A stretch of 37,272 bases of DNA from Fonticula alba ATCC 38817 (Eukaryota; Protista; Nucleariida). The notes under the pieces are model-generated. The model had not been told where the DNA came from. It did not search any database and worked only from the letters and a program-made list of their open reading frames with translations. The stretch is from the NCBI GenBank assembly GCA_000388065.2, contig KB932208.1. One strand, given 5' to 3'. Positions 22,993-33,667 of this stretch are shown here, piece after piece; position 1 is the first letter of the stretch, and each line of letters opens with the position of its first letter. Position numbers and translations under genes: made by a program.

Positions 22993-23037
<45 letters not shown>

Positions 23038-24885
23038 AAGAGAGAGAGAAAGAGAAAGAGAAAGAGAAAGAGAAAGAGAAAGAGAAAGAGAAAGAGAAAG
23101 AGAGATGGAGAGATGAAGAGATGGAGAGATGGAGAGATGGAGAGATGGAGAGATGGAGAGAGAGAGAGAGAGAGAGAGGAAGAAAGAAGGCAGGAGCGGG
23201 GAGCCCCCTCTGGGGACACGGGCCGGGAAGCATACCTTGGCCTGCGTCGGGCTCGGGTTGATGGTGGATGCCAGGCGCGTCTCCAGGTCGGCCAGGACCG
23301 CGCGGGCCTTGTTCTCGGCCGACACGGCCCGGCTCTCGGCCGATTCCAGTCGCGACCGGGCCAGTGCCGCCTCGGATGTGGCCGAAGCCAGCTGCGTCTC
23401 CAGGCTGCCAATGCGCCGCTGCAAGGTGGCCACCTCGGACTCGGTGACGGTCAGCTTGTTCTCGACCGACGTGCGAGCCTGGCGCTCTTCCGAGAAGAGG
23501 GTCTGTGCCTCGCGCACGAGGCGCTCCAAATCCTCGATGTCCCCGGGGCTGAAGACCGGCGAGGGGATGCCGGAGTGCGGCGGCCGGGACAGCATGCGCA
23601 GGTTCTCCTCTTCGAGGTTTTGCTCGCGGAGCTTGGCCGCCGCCAGTTCGTGGCGCAGGTGCAGGATCTCGCTCTGCTTCTGGGCCAGCCCCTCGCGCAG
23701 CTTGCGCAGGGTGTTCGGGGCGTTGGCTGCACGTCCGACCGCGAGGGGAAGGGGGGAGCCACGCGGAGAAGGGAATCCAGCGGNNNNNNNNNNNNNNNNN
23801 NNNNNNNNNNNNNNNNNNNNNNNNNNNNNNNNNNNNNNNNNNNGGGGGGGGGATCAGAGGACAGTCCTGGGTGGGAAAATCCCCCAAAAGACGGGAGGGG
23901 GGCAGCGGGCGAGGAGGCCAACAAGGCACCACGCACTATCCTCCTCGAAGAGCTGGTCGAAGCGGCTCTGGGCTGAGCGCTTCTTCATGTCCTTGAGGCT
24001 GGGCCGCGAGTCGGTGTTACTGCGCGAGAAGTCGGCATTTTCCGAGAGCTGGAGGAGAGAGAGAGAGAGAGAGAGAGGGCCGGCGGAGGATGAGTGAGCA
24101 CATGATGGACAAGCAGCGAGCAAGAGAGAGAGAGAGAGAGAGAGCAGGGGGGGAGAAGATGCCAAGGGCGGGGGAGCAGGGGAGGAACCACCCGGGCGCA
24201 CATTCTCAAGCATGGACGCCTGCTGGTCTAGCTCAACCAGCTCATCCTTCAGGAGGCGGTTCATTTGCTGGAGCTTGCGCTTGAACAGAGCCGCATCCTC
24301 GGGGGACATGTCCTTGGCAGCCTCGAGGAAGGCCTAAGAGGTCCGGGGGGGAGGGGGACGAGAAATGTGCGTGTACATGGTGTCAATCGGCGATGTGCAT
24401 GGATGCGCATGTGTGTGCGCGCGCGCGCACGCGTGCGAGGCCAGAGGCGGCGGCCCTCGGGGGCCGGGGGCCCGCACAAGGGCTCCAGCGACGTACTGCC
24501 TGGTCGAAGATGTGGTCGTCGTGTGGGCCGTCGGACGTGGGGCTGGTCGGGGTAGCGGTGGCAGTGGCAGTGGTCGATGCCGGGGCAACGACAGCCTTGG
24601 TCACGACGGGGGAGCCAACCCCGGGCGAGGAGGGCGTGCTGCTGAGCGACTCCACCGACACCGCATGCATGTAGCTCGCGCCGTAGACCTTCTTGGACTT
24701 GGGCGGGACGCCGGCGGCCGGAGAGCCGGGAACCGGGGTCTTGGAGGGATCCTCGGCCGTTTGGATGCCAGTGGTGGCGTCGGTGGAGCCGGCACCAGAG
24801 GAGGCTGGCCGCTGGGCGGCGTCCGGACCGGCGGCCGCGTCAGCCGCCGCGCCACCACCAAAGACAGCCTGATGAGGCAGGGGGG

Positions 24886-24936
<51 letters not shown>

Positions 24937-25052
24937 CGGGCGAGGGAAGCACATGGATAGATGGTGTGGTTAGGAAAGGCCACCAGGCTGGCATGTGGGC
25001 GCGTGAGGATGGGGACAGGCTGACACACCTGAAAGATCCGACCTGAAAGCAT
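20399..25052 (-). CDS. ASPP (53BP2/PPP1R13)-like protein: low-complexity N-terminus, coiled coils, Pro/Ala linker, SILK + RLxF, ankyrin repeats, C-terminal SH3 (~860 aa or more). Exons: 25052-25029 (tentative), 24868-24497, 24333-24202, 24048-23937, 23726-23236, [possible exon in gap], 22172-21195, 20884-20399
   Basis: RRDLRFNLAVLILDGAFYGDLDLVKKC..SNDEGLTPLHCAACNGYVDITEYLLSKGARPNV|FDVDGWTPLHGAASCGSLDVARQLILSGASLLA, then SH3 IFAIFD..NPDELAFSMGE..SSWWFVR..SGWVPNNYFSAY. This follows the ASPP C-terminal signature (RVKFNPLALLLD..NDEGITALH..DSDGWTPLHCAASC..WWWAR..GYVPRNLLGLY, recalled family sequence). Heptad-rich exons upstream; all junctions in phase. The start codon is uncertain. Confidence 0.85.
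22332..23178. repeat. Compound intronic satellite: (GAGAGATG/AAGAGATG)n on both sides of a gap, plus (GA)n and (GAAAGA)n
   Basis: 8-mer arrays at ~22332-22403 and ~23101-23160; (GA)n at ~22997-23032; (GAAAGA)n at ~23044-23100. Confidence 0.92.
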
Positions 25053-27548
25053 GGTATGCACTTGTGCGCGGCTGGGTTGGCCGGGGGGAGGAGGAGGAAG
25101 GGCGAAAGAAAAGGGCGGAGGAACCTACCGCTCCCGCGGGCGGCGAGAGGGCTTCTCTCCGAGAAAGCGGCGAGGGAGGCGCTCGTTGGACGTGCGCGTC
25201 GGGGCGAAGGGAAGGTGCGATGAAGAAGGCAAAAGCGGCAGGCGGAAAGGGGGGGGGGCGGGCNNNNNNNNNNGGGGGGGGGGGGAGGGTGCGGTTGGTT
25301 GCCGGAAGTAACTGGTCCAGGTGGAAAGGAGTTCCACAAAAAAGCCCCGGCGGAGATTGCCTTCGCAAGATGTCAATAAAGGCCGGGGGGGGGGGCGCGG
25401 CTCCAGGGCGCGGATCTTTCCCCAAGGGACCGGCTCGATCCCGAGCCCCGCCCCCCATCGCCGTGCCCCCCCTCGCCCTTCCCCGGGGGGGGGACCGGGC
25501 ACGGAGTCACGTACGCCGCGCATTGAAGGAGGTCGCCAGAAGCCGGGCCCGTGTGTACTGCCAAAGGATTGGCGTCCCTTCGTTGGCTGTGAGGTCTGCC
25601 GTCCCGGCGAGGGCCAACAGGCGGAGAGAGAGAGAGAGAGAGGTGGCGTCTCCAGGCCCACAGAGGCACAGGGGAACAACAGATAACAGGGCAAGATATA
25701 CCCGAGGCCGAGCGCGCGCAGGCGGAAAGTTAACGCTTTCGGCAGGGCCCAGCAAGCGCCGGGGGAAGGTCGCCGGCGTTCTGACCTCCCCCACGCGCAC
25801 GCCAGGCCGGGGTCAGGCGCGTGCGCCTATCGCGTGCCTCCGCCCGCCCCCGAGACCACGCTCCGGCTCCGCCTTCCACGGTCCGCCGGCCGTGCGGGTG
25901 GGCATGCTCCGCTCTCTCCACACCCCGATGCCCCCCGGGCAGCCGGGCTGCCCCCCGGTGCGAGGGATAAAACCGTGTCACCCAGCTGAAAACTTGGCCC
26001 CTTTATGGCCCGGCCGTGCGGCTGGGGGCGGATGCCCTGCGCCCCCCCCCCTCCCACACGGGCACAGGCATTCCTGTGATGGGCTTTTCACCCGGCCGCG
26101 TACGGGGGGTGCGTCGTCCCCGACGTCGATGTGTTTGGCTCTCAAAGCAGGCCAATATTAAATCGAGCATTTCCGAGCTACCGCACCCCTACCCACTTCC
26201 GGGGGGGGGGGGGGGGGGAGACGGCATCTACTCTCCTCCGTGTGTCCTCCCCGTTCCCCCCCGGCCCGGCTTCGGCTTCGGCCCCGGCAATCCCAGCGCA
26301 GGTCCGCGCGCTGGACAAGGGCGCGCGCACACACACACACACACACGGGGAGGAGGAACATAGGTCCGGCCTATTTCCGGCGAGAGGATGATAAGATGCG
26401 ATACGATGTGCGGGCACAGTCCCCCCCCCCCCCGTGCACGGTTGGGGCGCGACCTCGCCCAGGCGCGCGCGCGCGCGCGCGTGCGCGCGGGCCAGCTCCA
26501 TGGCTCGGGCCGGGGGCCGAGAGGCAGACGTACCGGCACGCACAAATAGGGTTGACGCCAGGCTCCAGGCGAGGGGACAGCGACAGGGATGGGGGGGGGG
26601 GGGGGGGGGGGGGGGGAGATCGCTACCCCGCCCCCGGGGGTGGGGCCGCTCCGCCGCCCGGAGGGCCCGGGGGCAGCCTCCCCCCCCCCCCGGGGGAGGG
26701 GCGGCGAGGGGATCCAGCCCGGCTCGCCAAGGTTGGCATTGGCCGTGGTCGGGAGACCGCGGAATGACCCGCGGGGCTGGATCACGCGCAGCATCCCCGC
26801 GAATCACACCGCGGCCCGGTCACGGCCCGGACTGACAACCCTCCAGACGGCGCCGCGTCTTCCTCGAAAGGGCCCCGTTGCCCTGGGGAGGCGGGCGTGG
26901 AAGGGGGGGTGGGGGGGTGCCCGGCCCCGCTGCCGGATCTCCCTGTTTCCGAGAGTGCCACCGGAGCCGGCCGGGGTCTGGGCGCGGAGGCGCTCTCAAT
27001 TCGGCACCCGACCAGACGAACGCTTACATGAGCCGCTCGCCCCCCCCCCCCCCCCCCCCCCCCCCCGTAGGTTGGGGATGGGCTTGTCTGATCCGTGAGG
27101 CGCACCCGGCCCGAACGTGACAGGGTGTCACCGCCGGCATTGACACGGGTCGCCTCCAGCCGCGATCGCCCGGCGCCCCGCACCGGACCCGGGGTCCGCG
27201 GCCCCGCCCGGCTGCGATCGGTGGGACCTGGGATCTGGACGCCCGCCAGTGCGGCGGCGGTGTTGTTGTTGTTGCCGGAGGACTGCAGGACGCGGTGCGG
27301 AGCGGGGGATGTCCCCCCCCCCCGCCCAGCCACCGTGCATGCAGACGTGTGCGACACCTTGACTCCAGGGACGCCGGCCCTGGTGACGGTGTGTACGTGT
27401 GTGTGTGTGTGTGTGGCCATCAAGCCCCCAGGCAGGCACCATTGCCAGGCTCTGGAGACCAATGAGCCTCGGGCCGGCTATGTCCCCCCCCCCCCGCACT
27501 CCCGACGGCAGAGCAGCAGGCCACACCGGCGATGCTGCACGGTGCCAG

Positions 27549-27555
27549 ATATAAG
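27549..27555 (+). promoter_or_regulatory. Candidate TATA-like box of the HAD gene
   Basis: ATATAAG in a ~70% GC context, ~30 bp before a pyrimidine-rich leader and ~190 bp before the ATG at 27740. Confidence 0.35.
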
Positions 27556-27739
27556 GCAGCGGGCCCCTCCCCGCCAAGCGACGCCGTTCCGAGCCCCCCT
27601 TCCTCCCAATTCTCCCCTTCCCCAGCGCCCTCCCCCCCCCGCGCTCCCCTCCCTCCGTCTACCTCTCCCTCCCCCCCTCCTCTTCCCCCTTCCCTCTCCC
27701 TTCCGCTCCCGCCCCGCCCCCCCCCCCACTAAAGCTCCA

Positions 27740-29343
27740 ATGACTGCCGAGTCCGCTGTTCAGCTTGCCACTCGCGGCCTGCAGCACGCGGTCCCCGACC
27801 GGAATGTTCTGTTCCTGGACCTGGACAACAACATGTACCCCCCCTCGACCGGTATCGACGTTCAGATGCTGGAGCGCATCCAGGTACATATACGCGTGTT
27901 CTCTCTGCCCCTCTCTCCCGTGCGTCCATGCGTGCTCACAAGACCCCCCCCCCCCCCCCTCCCCCTCCCCCACGCAGGCCTTCTTGGCCTGGAAGCTCGA
28001 GCTCGACCCCCGGTCCGCACTGGACCTCGGCCGGTACTATTACCGCACGTACGGCCTGACCGTTCGCGGCCTGGTGCTCAACCACAGCGACCGAATCAGC
28101 GCCCAGGAGTTCGACAAGCACATCGACGGGAGCCTGGACATCTCGATGCTGCGCGAGGACCCGGCCCTGCGGGCCATCATCACGGCCGCCCGCGATGCCG
28201 GCACCGAGGTCCTCATCTTCACCAATGCCGGGATCACTCACGCCCGGCGGGTGCTCAAGGTCCTGGGTCTGGCGGACTTCTTTGTGCCAGCCGCTTGCCA
28301 GGGCCCGACCGGGTGTTCTCGCGACCCGGGGACTTGTGCCCCGGCGCCGGCCGTCCCCAAGTCCGACCCGCTCTACAGCCGGCCGCCCAACTCCCGCTGC
28401 GGCCGCGTCATCTACTGCGACTACTCGGCTCCGAACTTCCCGTGCAAGCCCGAGTTTGACTCGTACCTGGCCGCCCGCTGCCATGCGTCGGCCGTCCTCC
28501 TTGGCGGCGCTGATGGGACCGCCCTCAACATGGCCTCGGTCTTCGATCTGCCGCCTGTGCCGGCCGCGCGCAGCTTCTTCGTCGACGATTCCGACCTCAA
28601 CATTCGCATGGTGCGCCTGCCCGGCCTGCCGTCGCCTCCCTGCCCTTCCTGGCTTGGGCCCTTCCCTCGCTAACTCCCTCCCCTCGGTCCATATGTGCCT
28701 CCACGCCTTCCTCCTCCGCGCTTCTCCTCGGAATTGCCTCCCCCCTCTGCCACACATCCAGGCCCGCGCTCTCGGCTGGCACGCCCTTCAGCTGGATCCC
28801 AACTCGCCCCACGGAGCGGAGGTGTGCCCGGAGATCCTGTCGGCCGCTACGGCCGCCGTCAAGGCCGCCGTTGCCGATACCGCGGCCGCTGCCGCGGCTG
28901 CCGCCACCGGCGTCGACGGAACCATGATGAACCCCGACTGCGCGGACAATGCGCGTGCCATGGTCGAGGCCGCCGAGGCCACCGGCCTCAAGGCGGCCAC
29001 CGAGGCCGCCGCCAACCCCACGGCGACCCCGGCCCCCGACGCCCCGACCCCCAGTGGCCCCTACTACCCGCCGATTCCCTACCTGGCGCTCTTTGTCAAC
29101 CGGTTTGCCGTGCTCTTTGGCGGCCCGGCCGGCGTCCAGCGCACCTTCGACGCCATTGCCGCCGAGGAGCAGGCCTTCGCCAGCCCGACCATGATCCGGT
29201 CCCGGCCGTCCGGCATCGAGGGGCTCCCTCCGCCCCCGACCAGCCGGCCGGTCACCTCGGCCGCTGCCGAGCTGGATGCGGCCGAGGCCCATGCCGACAG
29301 TGGCGCCGCTGGTGCCATCATCACCGAGGCCGGCAAGGAGTAG
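27740..29343 (+). CDS. SDT1: HAD-superfamily pyrimidine 5'-nucleotidase, SDT1/PHM8-like (452 aa). Exons 27740-27883, 27978-28610, 28762-29343
   Basis: Motif I FLDLDNNMY; cap YYYRTYGLTVRGL; motif II IFTNA..HARRVLKVLG; YCDY..CKPE (motif III Lys); motif IV FFVDDSDLNI|..ARALGW. Introns GTACAT..CAG and GTGCGC..CAG, both phase 0. SDT1 and PHM8 orthology cannot be separated by eye. Confidence 0.88.
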
Positions 29344-29844
29344 TGCATGGTCGATGCCCCTCCCCCCGCCTGGGCTCGCATTTCCCCCTTCGCCCCCCNN
29401 NNNNNNNNNNNNNNNNNNNNNNNNNNNNNNNNNNNNNNNNNNNNNNNNNNNNNNNNTCACTAGACTGTACATTAGTTGCGCGCTCGCTCGTTTGCTGGCC
29501 TCATTATTCCTTCCCCCTCGCCAGGAAGGAAGGAACGAAAAACCCGCCAGGGCAGGGGGGGAGAAGGATGAGGGTGCTCGGTTGAGTGGGGTTTTTTTTT
29601 GAGTGCATTTGCCGAGCCCCTCCACCCCTCTGACAGGGGGACACACATGTTTCTCCCTATATATATATATGGCCGGCTCGGTATTTGTCGCGAGAGCCGG
29701 CCGAGGTAGAGGGGGGGGGGGGGATGGGGGAAAAGGAGGGCATACATGGCGGCCGATGGACGAGAGAGAGAGAGAGAGATGACGGGGACACGGCCAGGCA
29801 TGCGCTTCGAGATCTCCGGCGTTCACAGTGGCCCCACAGCCCAT

Positions 29845-31907
29845 CTAGGCGGAGCCGGCCTCCTTCTGCTGCAGAGCGGCATCAATCTCACCGGCCCGGC
29901 GGTCGCGGAGGATGTTCCCGATGAACAGCTCGCCGGCCTTGTACGACGAGCGAACCAGCGGCCCGGAGGCGGTATACACGAAGCCCAGCTCCTTGCCACG
30001 CTGCTCCCAGTACTTGAACTTGTCCGGGTGCACGTACTCCGACACCTTCATGTGGCCCTTGGTCGGGCGCATGTACTGCCCGAGGGTGACGCAGTCGACC
30101 CCATGGGCGCGGAGATCGCGCATGGTCTGCTCCACCTCCTCGTCGGTCTCGCCGACACCGAGCATGATGGAGGACTTGGTGATCAGGTCGGGGCGGACCT
30201 CCTTGGCGCGCTTCAGCACATTCAGCGACTGGTGGTAGCCGGCCCGGCGGTCGCGAACCACACCCTGGAGCTGTGGCGGCCGGCGCGGGGCGAGGAGGAG
30301 CGGGCGTGGAGAGGGCGGGTGTGCGGGCATTTTTCCCGCACAAAACCCGCGCGCGTGGGGGCGTGAGTGAGCTGCTCGCGGGGGAGGAGCAATGGCAGGA
30401 GAGGCCGGGGGGCAAGAGCAGCAGGGGCGAGGGCCGCCTTGTGGAGGGACGCACGCGCTCGACGGTCTCCATGTTGTGGGCATACACGTCCAAGCCGGAG
30501 AGAGCGACCTGCTCGACGCCAGAAAGGTCGCCGGCGAAGTCGCCGGTCAGACACTCGACCAGCATATCGGGCTTCCTGTGGATGGGAACCATCGGCGCAA
30601 ATACCCGCAGACACATGCGTATGCGCATGCCCGGCCCAAGGATGGCTGGAGGGAGGGAGGGAGGGGAGACAGCGGAGCAGGGCACATGGTCAGCGGGAAG
30701 GGTGTGGACAGCCACCAGCAGGGCCCCGCCAGAGGCAAAGCAAAGAGGGCGGTCGCCAGGGACGGACCGGGACTTGATCTCGCGGACGGTCTGGGCAAAG
30801 TGCGCAGCCCCACCATCGGCCAGGTCTGAGGAAATGAGAGAGCGAGGGAAGCACCGCCGAGGGGTTAGCAAGCATGCCGTCTGAATAATCCCACCATTAC
30901 CGCGCGGACCGCTTGTCTCCCCCGCCCCGGCCCCCTCTGTGCGCATGCATGGCTGCGGCTGCACGAGCGAATGGATGCCCTTTCCGGAGCCCAGCACGGG
31001 GGGAGGGGGGAGGGGAGGGGGGCAAAGCTGCCGGCGACGCACCGTCACGATCGACACTGGTAAGCACAACGTAGCCGAGCTTCCAGCGGGACACGGCCTC
31101 GGCCGTGTTGATGGGCTCCATCGGATCGAGCGGGGGCGGGGCATTGGACGTCTTGACCGCGCAGAAGCGGCAGGCACGGGTGCAAGTGTCGCCCATGATC
31201 TGCGCCAAGCCCGAGGGAAGAGGGTCAGGCAGCGGGGGTTTTGGTCAGTCACCCGAGGGAACGGAAGAGCGGCAATGTCGGCCAGCAGACGGTGAGCCCC
31301 TCCCCCGCTGGCAGCGACACAAACAGGCAGACGCCCGGCCCTGCAGCATGAGGGGGGCCGGGACGCGCGGCCACGCGCCACGCACCATGATCGTGGCAGT
31401 GGCAGTGCCCTCCTCGCCACCCCAGCACTCGCCCATGTTCGGGCACTTGGCCTCCTCGCAGACGGTGGCCAGGCCGAGCTCACGCAGGTTGGACCGGATC
31501 CGAGCAAAGTTCGGACCCGAGGGGAGGGCGATTTTCGCCCAGGGCGGGACGCGGGAGACGGCCTTGCGCGGGCCGCGGGCCTTGGCCGGGGCGGCGTTCG
31601 GATCCGACGCGGCGAAGGCCGCGTACGCGGCATTCATGGCCTCCATGTCCGGGCTACCGGCCGGCACGCCGCACATGGCCGCCGCATTCAGAGACCCGGA
31701 AGAGGCGAAGTCCCCGAGCCCGGGACCGGTGGAGGCTGCCTGGCGCAGGGCCTCCAGCCGGCTGCCAGCGGCCGGGGCATTGGCCTCCGAGGAGGATGAG
31801 GACATCTGCCGAGCGGCGGCGGCGGCAGCGCCAGCAGGGCCGGCCAGCGAGACGGCCACCTGGCGCCGAGCGGCCGCGATGGCCGTATGACGCGCGGCAA
31901 GGAACAT
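29845..31907 (-). CDS. LIP5: Mitochondrial lipoyl synthase (radical SAM; LIP5/LIAS/lipA), 427 aa. Exons 31907-31386, 31199-31043, 30825-30768, 30575-30455, 30270-29845
   Basis: [12 protein letters not shown] (CX4CX5C), CTRACRFC (CX3CX2C), [67 protein letters not shown]. Arg-rich, acid-free N-terminal presequence (MFLAARH..ARQMSS). Exon lengths sum to 1284 nt in frame. Confidence 0.97.
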
Positions 31908-32347
31908 CAGGAGGGGGGGGAGGGGGGGGGGGGGGGCGGCGACGCAAGCGCGGTTCAGAGCCCGGGCGGGGGAGGGGGGGGGGGAATAGAAAGGCCAAAA
32001 AAGGAACGGGCGATCGGGCAGCGGAGGCGCAGGAGGGATCGGGGGATTGAGGCGCGCCATCCTGCCGGCAGGCCAGCGGGCCCGGGCGCTTTTAGCCGGG
32101 CCCGACACGGGGAACGGGAGAGTGGCGAGACCAGCCGAGACCGGCCTCCTTGTTGTGCGGGAGGCCTTCGGGAAATGTGCGGCGAAAAAAAAAAAAAGGC
32201 ACATGGGTCACCTGTGTGTGTATGTGCCGCTTGTCCCTGCGCTGGCCCTTGCCCGGAAAACACGCCTCCCTCCGCCCCGCCCGCCCCCCGGTGTCTGGGG
32301 CCAAACGGACAGAGAGGGGCGAGGCGGGGGGGGGGGGGGCAATGCGT

Positions 32348-32398
<51 letters not shown>
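32348..32398 (+). repeat. 51-bp poly-G homopolymer in the LIP5/SUN divergent intergenic region
   Basis: Direct count; the length in the assembly may be unreliable. Confidence 0.9.
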
Positions 32399-32399
<1 letters not shown>

Positions 32400-33214
32400 C
32401 TACCACTCGGGAGCGGGCCGCCCCAGTCACCCGGGGAGTGCGCGCCGCGGCGTGGGGCGAGCCGCGGCGGAAGACGTGGCCCCGGGCATGGCCGCGGGGC
32501 GGGGCCTTTCTTCCCGAGGGCCCAGCAGGGGGACGGGGCCGGGCCCAGTGAGAGGCCGAGGAGCGTGCGGCATGGTCCGACCCGCGCCGAGGCCAGGGCG
32601 GAGAACATAAATCCGCGCCGGATCACGCCCGGTCGCGGGGGCGCCACACATGATCCCAAAATCCGCGGGGCCGGACGATCGGCCGGCCAGAACCCAACTG
32701 AAGCACACCGCGGCAGGGCCGCCGCCGCCGCCGCCGCCGCCTTAACTCGGAGGCCATGAGATGCCTCGACACTGCGCGGATTTTGCTCGGCGGAAACACG
32801 GACTAGGATACCGGGGGGGGGGGGGCGAGGAGCCCGGCGAAAGGGCGATACGCCGGATGCCGGCACACACCGGCCCGTTCATCTGGCGGCGGCCCGGGCA
32901 CACCCGGCCGAAGGAGGGAGAGAACGTCCGCCCCTCCTTCCCCCTCTTGCACACATCGTCCCCCTCCTGCCTCCGGGTCTTCGGGCTCCCACGTCGCTTG
33001 ACTCCCCCCCTCCCCCTCCTTCTTTCCCTCTCCCCCCCCCCCTCCTTTCTCCCTCTCGCGCCCACTTCGGCTGCTTCTCGCCGCGTGCGCGCACCAGCGT
33101 GTGTGGCATCGCGCGCACACGCTCACGGGCACCTCTCCCCGCCGGACGCGCCTGCTCCTGCCCCTCCATGCTGGCGTGCGGCCCCTCCATTGGGTGAGCC
33201 TTCCTCCTGACACC

Positions 33215-33625
33215 ATGTCAGGGCCTCCCGTCCGGGGCCTCGGCCGCTGGTGTCGGCCCCTACTCACGCTTGCGGGCGCATGGCTGGCGCTCGTGTTGCT
33301 TGTGATGCCGCGGCCGCTGGCCGGCATGCCCTTCAGGAGAGACGTCTGTCAGCCTCGCCCGCCGGGGTCGATCTGGGCCGCGTTCGAGGCCCGCGGGCGA
33401 GCCGTCTCCCCGCTGATCGTCTGCCCGACCAATGGGGTTGACGGGTTGACATCGCTGCTGACCAAGCACCGGCAGGCGCGCCGGACCACGCGTGCCGCCC
33501 TCTTGGAACGGCACATCGGCCTGCCACCACCCTACCAGCCAGTCTGCCTGCCCGGTGAGGAGGCGCCCACCCGGTCGGATCCCTCATCCACGCGGCCCGA
33601 CTCGTCCTCACCGTCCCCCTCATCT

Positions 33626-33667
<42 letters not shown>

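Noticed and set aside
27117-27131. GTGACA-GGG-TGTCAC inverted repeat upstream of the HAD gene
   Set aside because: A single 6-bp palindrome; expected by chance in 37 kb and not repeated elsewhere.
29845-31907. lipA as a bacterial horizontal transfer or contaminant
   Set aside because: It has four spliceosomal introns with the same donor consensus as its neighbours and a mitochondrial presequence; it is a normal nuclear LIP5.
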